Source: Candidatus Woesearchaeota archaeon
GTDB lineage: Archaea > Nanobdellota > Nanobdellia > Pacearchaeales > GW2011-AR1
Assembly: GCA_964467035.1 (NCBI GenBank)
Contig: CAYXNX010000001.1
Location: 51,373 to 115,372 of the forward strand
DNA length: 64,000 nucleotides
Direction of reading: 5' to 3'
Shown here: positions 45,870-54,799 of the stretch, one piece after another
Layout: the number at the start of each line of letters is the position of its first letter
How positions within the stretch are numbered: the stretch's first letter is position 1
Notes under the pieces: generated by a model
Told to the model about the DNA's origin: nothing
Database searches by the model: none
Seen by the model: the letters and a program-made list of their open reading frames with translations, nothing else
Program-made: the position numbers and the translations under genes

Positions 45870-48722
45870 TTACTCTCCAACTTTAATAACTAATCTTTCA
45901 TTTGAATCATCCCAATAAATCTGCCCATCCCCCATATGCTGAGTCCCAGTAACATTTGTATCTCCATCAACATGCAAATCTTGTTGGGGACTATCTGTTC
46001 CTATTCCCACATTTCCTGAATCATCAATTCTCATTGACTCACTAGCAGAACCTGTATAAAACGCTAATTCATTAAACCCATCAGAAGGACCAAAAACAAT
46101 TCCAGCTCTTTTACTTCCATCTAAATGATTCCAAACACCCTTATCATCTCCTCTATCTACAAAAATATCTCCACCACTTACATCCAGTTTAGCTTGAGGA
46201 CTATCTGTTCCTATTCCTACTTTACCATCTGATTTTATTACCATTCTTGTATCATCTATTGAAACCTCATTGTCATCAGCAGTTCCGTCATTCAAGAAAT
46301 ACAAATCCCCCCTACCGTATGTTCCAGTCCTAGCAAAAGCGATTCCTCCCTTTCCATAATCTGCTGTTGTCGCAGTAAATACAATTCCTGTAGCTGTGTC
46401 ATAACCTGTTGCATAATTTTTTAGTCTTAAGGGATATGTCAATAAACCATCTGATGTGTCAACTATTTCTAATTTTGTACTTGGACTATCTGTTCCTATT
46501 CCTACATTACCTCCATTAAAATAGGAACTTGTACCTGAGCCACTAGTGAGTTTAATCTTTGTTTCACCATTTTGTGACAATTCTAAATATCCTCTATTAT
46601 TATCATTTGAGTATAATTTAGCATAGGTTTCTCCCGTAGACTCATCACTTAAAGTTAAACCATCATTTGCACCTGTTTGAATTTCTAATTTTTCATTAGG
46701 ACTATCTGTTCCTATCCCTACTTTACCCCCATTTGTAACTGTAAATAAAGAATCTGTTTCAGCAGAATCCTTCTTAACTGAAAATAAACCTGTTCCAGAG
46801 TTACTTTCATCCATAACCATATTAATATTTTTAGTAGAATATAAAGTCATATCTTGATCTGAATCAGTAACATCTAATTTATTAACCCCCGATGCTACAC
46901 CTGTTGGAAAAGAAATATCTTGAAAAGTAACTGAAGAAGAAGTTTTAACATCCTGATTCATTCCATAAAGCTCATTTGCTCCTTGCCCTGTATTAACAGT
47001 TGAAAAATTTACATCATCAGTTGTATTCAAAGATTGGTCAAATATATTTCCTGTTATAAATCCTTGATTATCTACATAATTAATTGCTGGTTCTGTTTGA
47101 TTATACAACCATTTCTTAACCCCTTCCCCTTCAACAAAAACATTGCTTCCAAAATAACCATTTCTCCATTGCCAAGTTTCATTACCTACATCAAAAGTAT
47201 TATCCCAATCAATAGGCAATAAACTCCCATTTATATCTAAATTATTAACTCCTAACGAGGTTATGTTATAAGTATAAAGTGCCTGAGCAAAAACCTCTCC
47301 ATCAATTACAGAAACTCCTCCGTTTTGCCAACCCTCATCAAAATTAACCTCTCCGGTAATTTCCATCCCTTCACTTACATTTAAACTATTAAACACAACA
47401 TCATCAGTTGTATTCAAAGATTGGTCAAATATATTTTCTGTTATAGCTCTTGTATCTATTGTGTTGTTTAGTAAAGTTTCATTGAAGTCTAAAGTAGAAC
47501 CATCAAAGGAGTTGTAATTATCTCCTGTTGTCCAATTAAAAACTCCAAAAAAATCCCCATAAAAAGCAGGTGAAGAAATATTATAAATAGCATTAAAATA
47601 ATCTGCTTTTGCTTCTCCTGCAATATCTAAAGCATCTCCAGTCATCTCTCCCTCAACTTTAACATCATCACTAAAATAAAATCTACTATTAGAATAATCA
47701 TATCCTAAAACATTAGTATCTATAAGATAATTTTCAGATTCTGAATTATTTGTATGGAAAAACATTATTGTAGGGTCATCCTCACTTGATACATCACTTA
47801 TTAAAGTTGCAATTTCTCCCAAATTAATAACACTATCTGTACCTCCAAAAGAACCTACATCATTTGAATATGGGTTTAATGTAGGAATATCTAACATCGA
47901 ACCAGGAGAAAAAGCACTATAGTTTAGTGTAAATGTTGAAAGGTTTATATTTGTATTTTCATCTCCTATAAAGACACTTTGATTAGTTGTTGAACCTCTT
48001 TCTGTTACTGATTGTAGTGTGTCAGTTTCTGAAGAAGCTGACCTATCATCTATTGTGGAATTTAATTCTGTTTCGTTTAAATAAATATAATTGGAATCAT
48101 TATAAAGATAAATTCCTCCACCTGATTTTTCTGTGTTAGTATCTTCAGCATCTATATTTCCACATTCCCAATTTCCAGAAGTAGTATTATAAATAGCAAC
48201 TTCTTCATCAGAACAACTAAGTCCTCCAATATATTCGTCAGAAGTATAAAGAACATTTGAACAACTTCCATCTTGTGAACAATTTGTATCTGCTTCAAAG
48301 TTATCCCTTGCATCAATAGTCCTATTTAATTCTGTTTCATTGAAATCTAAATCTATATCATTATCATTTGAATCTAAAGAAATTGAAAGATATTTAGAAA
48401 GTGTTGTTGCTATATTTCTGAATTGCAATGTTGTTGAACTTTTCCCACCAAATACTCCAATACCATCTGTTCCTATATTACTTCCATCATTTGCTTCTCC
48501 ACTTCCCCCGCTCTGATTCACATCATCCCAGTTACCAATACAATCATTCCCAATACAATATCCGCTATCAGAACTTATATTTCCTAAAACTGTCAAATTC
48601 CCTGTATTTCCATAAATAATTGCTAAATCAGTTCCTGATTTATTTTGAAACTTATAATCTCCTGCACTAACAAAACCAACCATACAAATTATCAACAAAA
48701 TCAAAACCAGTTTTTTATTCAT
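45870..48722 (-). CDS. giant secreted protein (950 aa) with repeated VGIGTDSPxxKLxV motifs
   Basis: signal peptide; four GIGTDSP repeats in C-terminal third. Confidence 0.5.
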   Translation of the reverse strand: MNKKLVLILLIICMVGFVSAGDYKFQNKSGTDLAIIYGNTGNLTVLGNISSDSGYCIGNDCIGNWDDVNQSGGSGEANDGSNIGTDGIGVFGGKSSTTLQFRNIATTLSKYLSISLDSNDNDIDLDFNETELNRTIDARDNFEADTNCSQDGSCSNVLYTSDEYIGGLSCSDEEVAIYNTTSGNWECGNIDAEDTNTEKSGGGIYLYNDSNYIYLNETELNSTIDDRSASSETDTLQSVTERGSTTNQSVFIGDENTNINLSTFTLNYSAFSPGSMLDIPTLNPYSNDVGSFGGTDSVINLGEIATLISDVSSEDDPTIMFFHTNNSESENYLIDTNVLGYDYSNSRFYFSDDVKVEGEMTGDALDIAGEAKADYFNAIYNISSPAFYGDFFGVFNWTTGDNYNSFDGSTLDFNETLLNNTIDTRAITENIFDQSLNTTDDVVFNSLNVSEGMEITGEVNFDEGWQNGGVSVIDGEVFAQALYTYNITSLGVNNLDINGSLLPIDWDNTFDVGNETWQWRNGYFGSNVFVEGEGVKKWLYNQTEPAINYVDNQGFITGNIFDQSLNTTDDVNFSTVNTGQGANELYGMNQDVKTSSSVTFQDISFPTGVASGVNKLDVTDSDQDMTLYSTKNINMVMDESNSGTGLFSVKKDSAETDSLFTVTNGGKVGIGTDSPNEKLEIQTGANDGLTLSDESTGETYAKLYSNDNNRGYLELSQNGETKIKLTSGSGTSSYFNGGNVGIGTDSPSTKLEIVDTSDGLLTYPLRLKNYATGYDTATGIVFTATTADYGKGGIAFARTGTYGRGDLYFLNDGTADDNEVSIDDTRMVIKSDGKVGIGTDSPQAKLDVSGGDIFVDRGDDKGVWNHLDGSKRAGIVFGPSDGFNELAFYTGSASESMRIDDSGNVGIGTDSPQQDLHVDGDTNVTGTQHMGDGQIYWDDSNERLVIKVGE

Positions 48723-48723
48723 T

Positions 48724-51573
48724 TTAAATCCTAAAAATCATATCACCTCCTTTTTCATAAATCTCAGCATCACCAATTGATAAATTTTGGGTTATATTAA
48801 CATTTCCCCCAACTTTCAATTTATCTTCCGAACTATTAACCCCAATTCCCACATTATAATCTAAATCATTTGGATGTAATGTATCTTCACTAACATCCCA
48901 CTCACCACTTAAAGTATCATTGCTTCCGTGATAAGCTGTATAATGAACAACAATATCAGAATCTGCTTCAGTTATATTAATATTAAAACCACCATCTGTA
49001 AAATTAACCAACTCTCCTTTTATATATCCGATAGAATCTCCGTTTTGGTCTGCATATCTTATTCCAATACACTCAGAACTATCTCCATATTCTGAAACTG
49101 CATTAATTGAATTACCTGAAGCTCCACTATGCACAACTCCTTGCTCTAAATTTGTTCCTGTCCATTTTGCATATCCGTGCATTGTCCCACCATAGTTATC
49201 AACATTATTTGCATTTTGAGTTCCTTCATCATCAACATCCTCATTCTCAACAGGAGCAACAGCTGTAAAAGTAACTCTATCAGGTTCAAAAGGAACATTT
49301 GAAATTGTCTTAATTCCTTCTTCTTCAATTACAAAACTCCCTGTATCAACTAAATTAACAACAGTTCCATTAACTATAGTTGCATTAACTCCATGACTGG
49401 CAGTAGACAAACATTGCCCTGAATCTAAACAAACATCATTAGTTGCTTCAATATCATCAACATTTAAAGTGCCTGTTGCTTCTTCGTAAAAGAAATCATC
49501 ATCTTCCCCTATATTTTCACTTACAGAACTATCAACAAAAAGAACATTATTATTACTTAAACCAGAAATTGCATTTCTCAAACCAGTATTTGAAGAAATT
49601 TGATTAGTTAAACCTCCTGGCATCAAACCAGATAAAACATCTGTAGCTAATCTTGTCGCTCTTGTGTATTCATTTAATGATAAATGATAATACTCATCAA
49701 TCTCTGGACTTCCTCCTTGCAAATCAGATAAAGTATTATGTGAAATTGAAGAAACAATTGTAACCCACGCACTTCCATCAAAAGTATAACCAACACTTTC
49801 ATCCTCTACAATAACTGCCCAACCAACACTTGGCTCACCATAATCAGTATCAGAATCCATCCAATAACTTCCTGTTTCATTCCATTCAACAATATAATTC
49901 TCTAATCCTGCCCAATCTCCTTCAGCCCCACTTGGCTCTTCTGAAGCACCCTTTGAAATCAGATTATCTCTTCTATTTTCATACCAGTTATTATGATTAT
50001 CCCCATTCCAAGGGTCTGCAACAACACCCAATTCATAAATAGTTCCTTCAAAATAAGCACCTGTTACATAACCATCATGAAAATCCTTTCCATTTCCACC
50101 AGTATAACCAATTCCCCCATTTCCACTATGAGCATTCATTATTTCAGGAGTTTCCTCATTCCCAATTTCAACCCCATTAACATAAAAACTATAATTCCCA
50201 TCACTATCATAATTCATAGAAACATAATAATCTGTATCTGTAGAAATAGAAGTTGAAAAATGATTGCCATCCCAACCCTGTGATTCACTCCACCACCGAG
50301 CATATAAATCTCCTTGATAAATATAAAGCAAAACCCCATTAACATGAGCCCCTTCTGCTAATATGGCCTGTCTTGAAGTTATATCACTTCCAGAATTAAA
50401 AATAACATTATGTGTTCTTTCACTTCCAGAATCTTGCTCATCCCATTGAGATTCCCAAATAGCTAAATCTGCCATACTCCAAGCATCATCATCTCCATCA
50501 AAACTCACCCCATAACCTTTTTCATCACTATCATCAGTTGGACTTCCAAGTTCAGAAATGTAATGATTAGAACTTCCTGATTTATCAATTCCTCCTTCAG
50601 TTAAATTAAAATCATAAAACATAATATAATCATCTGAAAAAACAGCTGCCCCAGATTCAGAATTCACAGCATCAGAATTATTAAAATATAAATAAAATGT
50701 TTCATCACTTGAAGAACTTAAAGTAGGAATCTTAACATAAGCACTTAATACCTGGGCAGATTTGTTAAATCTCTCTATCCTATGTTCAAATTTTTCATCC
50801 CCTGAACTATCTCCAAAAATAATATCATCTCCATTATCTTGAGCTTCACTAAATAAATCATTCGCTCCATTTATTTGAACTTGAATTAAAGCATTTGTTT
50901 CATCTTCATCAACACTAGAACTTTGAATTGTTAAAGGAATTCTTTTATCCCAAGCAAAACTATACCAATCAGCTGAAGGAGAAACAATATATCTATCCCC
51001 ATCACTAGGATTATCAGGAGGAGAGTTTAAATCTTTATCTGAAACAGGAGATTTCCAAGTTGTTGTTGCATTTGTTTGAGGATTAATAGTTTGAGTATTT
51101 AATTGTCCCCCAATTTCTTGAAAAATCCCTTCAGCATTAGTAGAATTATAATAACCCGCATTATCGCTTACACTAATTTCCAAAGCTGAAACATTTCCAA
51201 TACTACTTTGAAAAACCTGCCTTTCCTCGCCCCCAAAATCCAAATCTTCACCATTAACAAACATTTCAATATAATAATACTCTCCATAATTCAAAGACAA
51301 AGGATTTGAATCATTATCTCCTAACAAAATATCATACTTTCCAGAAGAAACAGCCCCATTAAACTCATTTGAAGAGTTATAAATCAAATTACCTCCTGTT
51401 GGAGAATCATAAATTAAAACAGTCAAATTTCCTAAATCAAGATTACTCCCCCCCTCTAAAACATTTCCTTGTAACGCTAACAAATCATCTTTACTAACAA
51501 CAAAAGAAGTTAATAAAGTAACCAAAACTAACAAAAACACCATTGTTAAAAAATATTTAAAAAATTTTTCCAT
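48724..51573 (-). CDS. giant secreted protein (949 aa), Ser/Asp/Gly/Asn-rich
   Basis: signal/TM N-terminus; 1 nt from downstream gene. Confidence 0.5.
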   Translation of the reverse strand: MEKFFKYFLTMVFLLVLVTLLTSFVVSKDDLLALQGNVLEGGSNLDLGNLTVLIYDSPTGGNLIYNSSNEFNGAVSSGKYDILLGDNDSNPLSLNYGEYYYIEMFVNGEDLDFGGEERQVFQSSIGNVSALEISVSDNAGYYNSTNAEGIFQEIGGQLNTQTINPQTNATTTWKSPVSDKDLNSPPDNPSDGDRYIVSPSADWYSFAWDKRIPLTIQSSSVDEDETNALIQVQINGANDLFSEAQDNGDDIIFGDSSGDEKFEHRIERFNKSAQVLSAYVKIPTLSSSSDETFYLYFNNSDAVNSESGAAVFSDDYIMFYDFNLTEGGIDKSGSSNHYISELGSPTDDSDEKGYGVSFDGDDDAWSMADLAIWESQWDEQDSGSERTHNVIFNSGSDITSRQAILAEGAHVNGVLLYIYQGDLYARWWSESQGWDGNHFSTSISTDTDYYVSMNYDSDGNYSFYVNGVEIGNEETPEIMNAHSGNGGIGYTGGNGKDFHDGYVTGAYFEGTIYELGVVADPWNGDNHNNWYENRRDNLISKGASEEPSGAEGDWAGLENYIVEWNETGSYWMDSDTDYGEPSVGWAVIVEDESVGYTFDGSAWVTIVSSISHNTLSDLQGGSPEIDEYYHLSLNEYTRATRLATDVLSGLMPGGLTNQISSNTGLRNAISGLSNNNVLFVDSSVSENIGEDDDFFYEEATGTLNVDDIEATNDVCLDSGQCLSTASHGVNATIVNGTVVNLVDTGSFVIEEEGIKTISNVPFEPDRVTFTAVAPVENEDVDDEGTQNANNVDNYGGTMHGYAKWTGTNLEQGVVHSGASGNSINAVSEYGDSSECIGIRYADQNGDSIGYIKGELVNFTDGGFNINITEADSDIVVHYTAYHGSNDTLSGEWDVSEDTLHPNDLDYNVGIGVNSSEDKLKVGGNVNITQNLSIGDAEIYEKGGDMIFRI

Positions 51574-51660
51574 TTTCTCTTTTTTATAATATAAATTGTG
51601 AATAATACTATATAAATATTGTGCCTTTCTTAAAAATTTACCGACGAAGTATCTTAAAAA

Positions 51661-53637
51661 CTAAATAAACCCAACAGCATCTAAAACTCTTTTATCAGGA
51701 GACAAAACATAAACATGGTCTTTTGTAGAACGCACTCCCCGATAAATTTTTTGCAAAAATTCTCTCTGAGCTTTATCTTTATAAACAGCCCAAAAATACT
51801 GGGGATGTGTTTGCTTCAAAATTTTCCAAAAAAGAGATTTAACTTGAGGATTCGGATACTTTGTAAAAACAATACTTTTGCACTGTTCTCCTGGAAAATC
51901 AACTCCTCGCCCACATTTAGTTGTAAACAAAACAGGAATCTCTTTATTTTTGAACCTTGCAATATACTTTTGAGCTTCACTTTGCAAAGCAAAAATCTTA
52001 GCTTTAGTTACCAAATTATCCAAACCATAAGCTCTTTTTTCATCATCACTAGGCAAATCATCAAAAGAATTAACATGAACAAGGGCAGGTTTTGGAGCTT
52101 GCCCAACAACTTCATCAAAAGATTCTAAAAAATCTTTTCTTGATTTATATCCGCTCTTAAAATTACTGAACTTGCAATCAAATTCTTTTCCAGTTTTTTT
52201 AACATCTATCTCTCCCTGATTTATAATTTCTGCATCAATAACTTCAAAATTATCCAAACCATAAACATATCTTAACACATTTTCATTATGTATTGTCCCA
52301 GACATCATAACAATTGCTTCGCTTTTATCAACCATTTCTTCAAACCTTTTCGCCAAATTTGTAGTAACAATACTTGCATAAAATCCTCTTTCACTTTCAG
52401 AAAAAGAAACAAAACTATCTTCCAAAAAATCAGAAAATTCAGAAACAATCTCATATACATTATGGACATAATTATCTTCATCCACTTCTTTAATAAAATC
52501 AGAACTATTGCTTAAAACTTCAAATAAATTCACAACATTGCTCTCATCTAATTTAAAAACATCTCCACTTCCAATTGAATCTTTAAATTCTTGATTATTA
52601 ATAATTTGAGAAACAATTCTTCTTAGCTTTAATAAAACATTTTCAGTTTCAACTTCTGTAACAAAAACATTCTTCAAAGCACTTTGCAAACGATTAAAAT
52701 TAATATTTTTAACATTTGAAAAACTATCCAAAAACTCATCACACTCATCAATAATTTCAACCTTTGTTTTAGGCTTTCTATCCATCAACATCTCTAACTT
52801 ATATTTTGCAGAATTAAAAACAACCGCTTCAGCTTCAGCATAAGAATTAAATTGATTATAATAACTACACCCTTTTTTTCTATTATGAATAGTATACTCA
52901 ACCCCTTTCAAACCCAGATATCTTTTTTTCTCAGATTTTAAAGGAAAATCATATTCAGAAGGCATTATCGGACTCCAATAAGGACAAACAGGGGCAACAC
53001 TCATTCTTCTAATATCTTTCAAATCCAAATCATTTTTAACTTTAGGATTTTCTTTCAAATACTCTTTTAATTTATCAAAATTACTTTCTTTAATTTCAAT
53101 CTTGCACGGAAGTTCTGAAAAATCCGCATTTTCCCCCCGACAAAACAAACACCTATGATTTTGTCTTCCAGTTATAACTTTAATCTTCAACTTTTTATGA
53201 TTATCTTTCAAAACATAACAACTTTTAGAATAATCTTCATAATATTGCTTTTGCAAAGCTTTCCCAGGAACAACAATACTGGCACTTCCGAGCTCTTTTG
53301 CAATATTCAAAGCAATTGCACTTTTTCCACTCCCACACACCCCCCGAATAAAAATAACCTTTTTACCTTCTTCAATTAAATCTACAGCTTCTTTAACAAT
53401 ATCTCCTTGTGTTTTCCCATTTGAAAATTTTAAACCCTCCCTCCTCTCCCCATTTTTATAAAAATTAAAACCCTTCACATCATCTTCTAAATTAAACTTC
53501 TCATCAGAAAATTCTTGTTCTTCCCAAATATCAAGTTCATTTTCTTTATTTGAAAGTTGATTATTTGATTTTTGGTTAGATTGGGAAACTTGTAATCTAC
53601 CATCAGAATCAAATTTTAGTTGTGACACCTCATCCAT
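51661..53637 (-). CDS. Rad3/XPD/DinG-family helicase with Fe-S cluster Cys motifs
   Basis: P-loop GVCGSGKS, IIDECDEF (DExD), CLFCRG..C..VCPYW cysteines, GRGVDFPG, QKIYRGVRS. Confidence 0.45.
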   Translation of the reverse strand: MDEVSQLKFDSDGRLQVSQSNQKSNNQLSNKENELDIWEEQEFSDEKFNLEDDVKGFNFYKNGERREGLKFSNGKTQGDIVKEAVDLIEEGKKVIFIRGVCGSGKSAIALNIAKELGSASIVVPGKALQKQYYEDYSKSCYVLKDNHKKLKIKVITGRQNHRCLFCRGENADFSELPCKIEIKESNFDKLKEYLKENPKVKNDLDLKDIRRMSVAPVCPYWSPIMPSEYDFPLKSEKKRYLGLKGVEYTIHNRKKGCSYYNQFNSYAEAEAVVFNSAKYKLEMLMDRKPKTKVEIIDECDEFLDSFSNVKNINFNRLQSALKNVFVTEVETENVLLKLRRIVSQIINNQEFKDSIGSGDVFKLDESNVVNLFEVLSNSSDFIKEVDEDNYVHNVYEIVSEFSDFLEDSFVSFSESERGFYASIVTTNLAKRFEEMVDKSEAIVMMSGTIHNENVLRYVYGLDNFEVIDAEIINQGEIDVKKTGKEFDCKFSNFKSGYKSRKDFLESFDEVVGQAPKPALVHVNSFDDLPSDDEKRAYGLDNLVTKAKIFALQSEAQKYIARFKNKEIPVLFTTKCGRGVDFPGEQCKSIVFTKYPNPQVKSLFWKILKQTHPQYFWAVYKDKAQREFLQKIYRGVRSTKDHVYVLSPDKRVLDAVGFI

Positions 53638-53703
53638 AGATAACTAAATCAAAAACAACACTTTTAAATTTTTATGTAGAAAATTTTTCAAAATACCTAA
53701 AAA

Positions 53704-54087
53704 TCACTTAAACAATAATTCAATTTTTTTTGGATTTCTTTTTATATCTTTAACAATACTTGCAGGCCCAATAATTGTCATAGATGCAGTATCTCCAACC
53801 AAAATTTTTGCAATTCCTTTAGAAAACCGCGCTCCAAAACCTTCTTCACTTTCACTTCCAATAACTGCTAATTCAATTCCTTTAAAATTTTGAACATGCC
53901 CAATCATTGCCATAGTATCCTCAATTAACCTTGTCTCTTCTTCAGGTTTTAAACGCCCTTGCAAAACAATAACTTTATTTTTCAAAACAATATTTAATAA
54001 TTTCTTAATTCTCTCCCCAGCGCTTAAATGCCTTATTTCTGAATATGGTAAAAACTCAATTGTTAACCCCTTTATTTTTTTAACCAT
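53704..54087 (-). CDS. hypothetical protein encoded downstream of small GTPase (possible regulatory partner)
   Basis: 127-aa ORF. Confidence 0.3.
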   Translation of the reverse strand: MVKKIKGLTIEFLPYSEIRHLSAGERIKKLLNIVLKNKVIVLQGRLKPEEETRLIEDTMAMIGHVQNFKGIELAVIGSESEEGFGARFSKGIAKILVGDTASMTIIGPASIVKDIKRNPKKIELLFK

Positions 54088-54117
54088 TTTAATATAAATT
54101 CATACTCCTTTTTAAAT

Positions 54118-54747
54118 TTACTCAACAAGCTTAAACAAAGTCTCATAAAACTCCTCAATATTGTCTCCTGTCTTCGCACTTATCCCAACAACCTCATACT
54201 CTGGAAAAGCTGATTTAATTTTATCAATATTTGCCTTTTTCAAATCAATCTTATTTGCTACAATTAAAACAGGAATATTTCTTGCAACCAAATTTCCAAT
54301 AATAGTAATATTTACTTGCGAATAAGGATTTTTAGTAGCATCTAAAACAACAATAACAGCATCCATATCTTCAATCCATTTAATTGATTCAATAATTCCT
54401 TCAGTTGCTTCCTTTGCTCTTTTCTGGGCTTCTTTCTTTTTAACCCCAAACTTAATAAAATCTTCATAATCAATCTTTGTAGCAATCCCCGGAGTATCAA
54501 CCATTTTAAAATTTAAACTCTTACCTTTATGATTAATTTCAACTTTTTCTTTATATTGAATATGTCTTGTCTCATGAGGAACATTAGAAACATCCCCAAT
54601 CTCTTCACCAATCCAATCCTTGCATAAATGATTTGCTAAACTTGTCTTTCCTGCATTTGGAGGACCATAAAAGCCCAAACTAATATTTTTCCTCTTTTTG
54701 AAAATATTCGGAAACACTTTTTTTAAAAAATTTGATAAGGATCTCAT
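54118..54747 (-). CDS. small GTP-binding protein
   Basis: G1 GPPNAGKTSL, G3 DTPGI, G4 NKIDL. Confidence 0.7.
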   Translation of the reverse strand: MRSLSNFLKKVFPNIFKKRKNISLGFYGPPNAGKTSLANHLCKDWIGEEIGDVSNVPHETRHIQYKEKVEINHKGKSLNFKMVDTPGIATKIDYEDFIKFGVKKKEAQKRAKEATEGIIESIKWIEDMDAVIVVLDATKNPYSQVNITIIGNLVARNIPVLIVANKIDLKKANIDKIKSAFPEYEVVGISAKTGDNIEEFYETLFKLVE

Positions 54748-54799
54748 AATTAATAATTAAAGTATTTATGTTTTTTTAAATATTTGCGTTTAAAAACAT

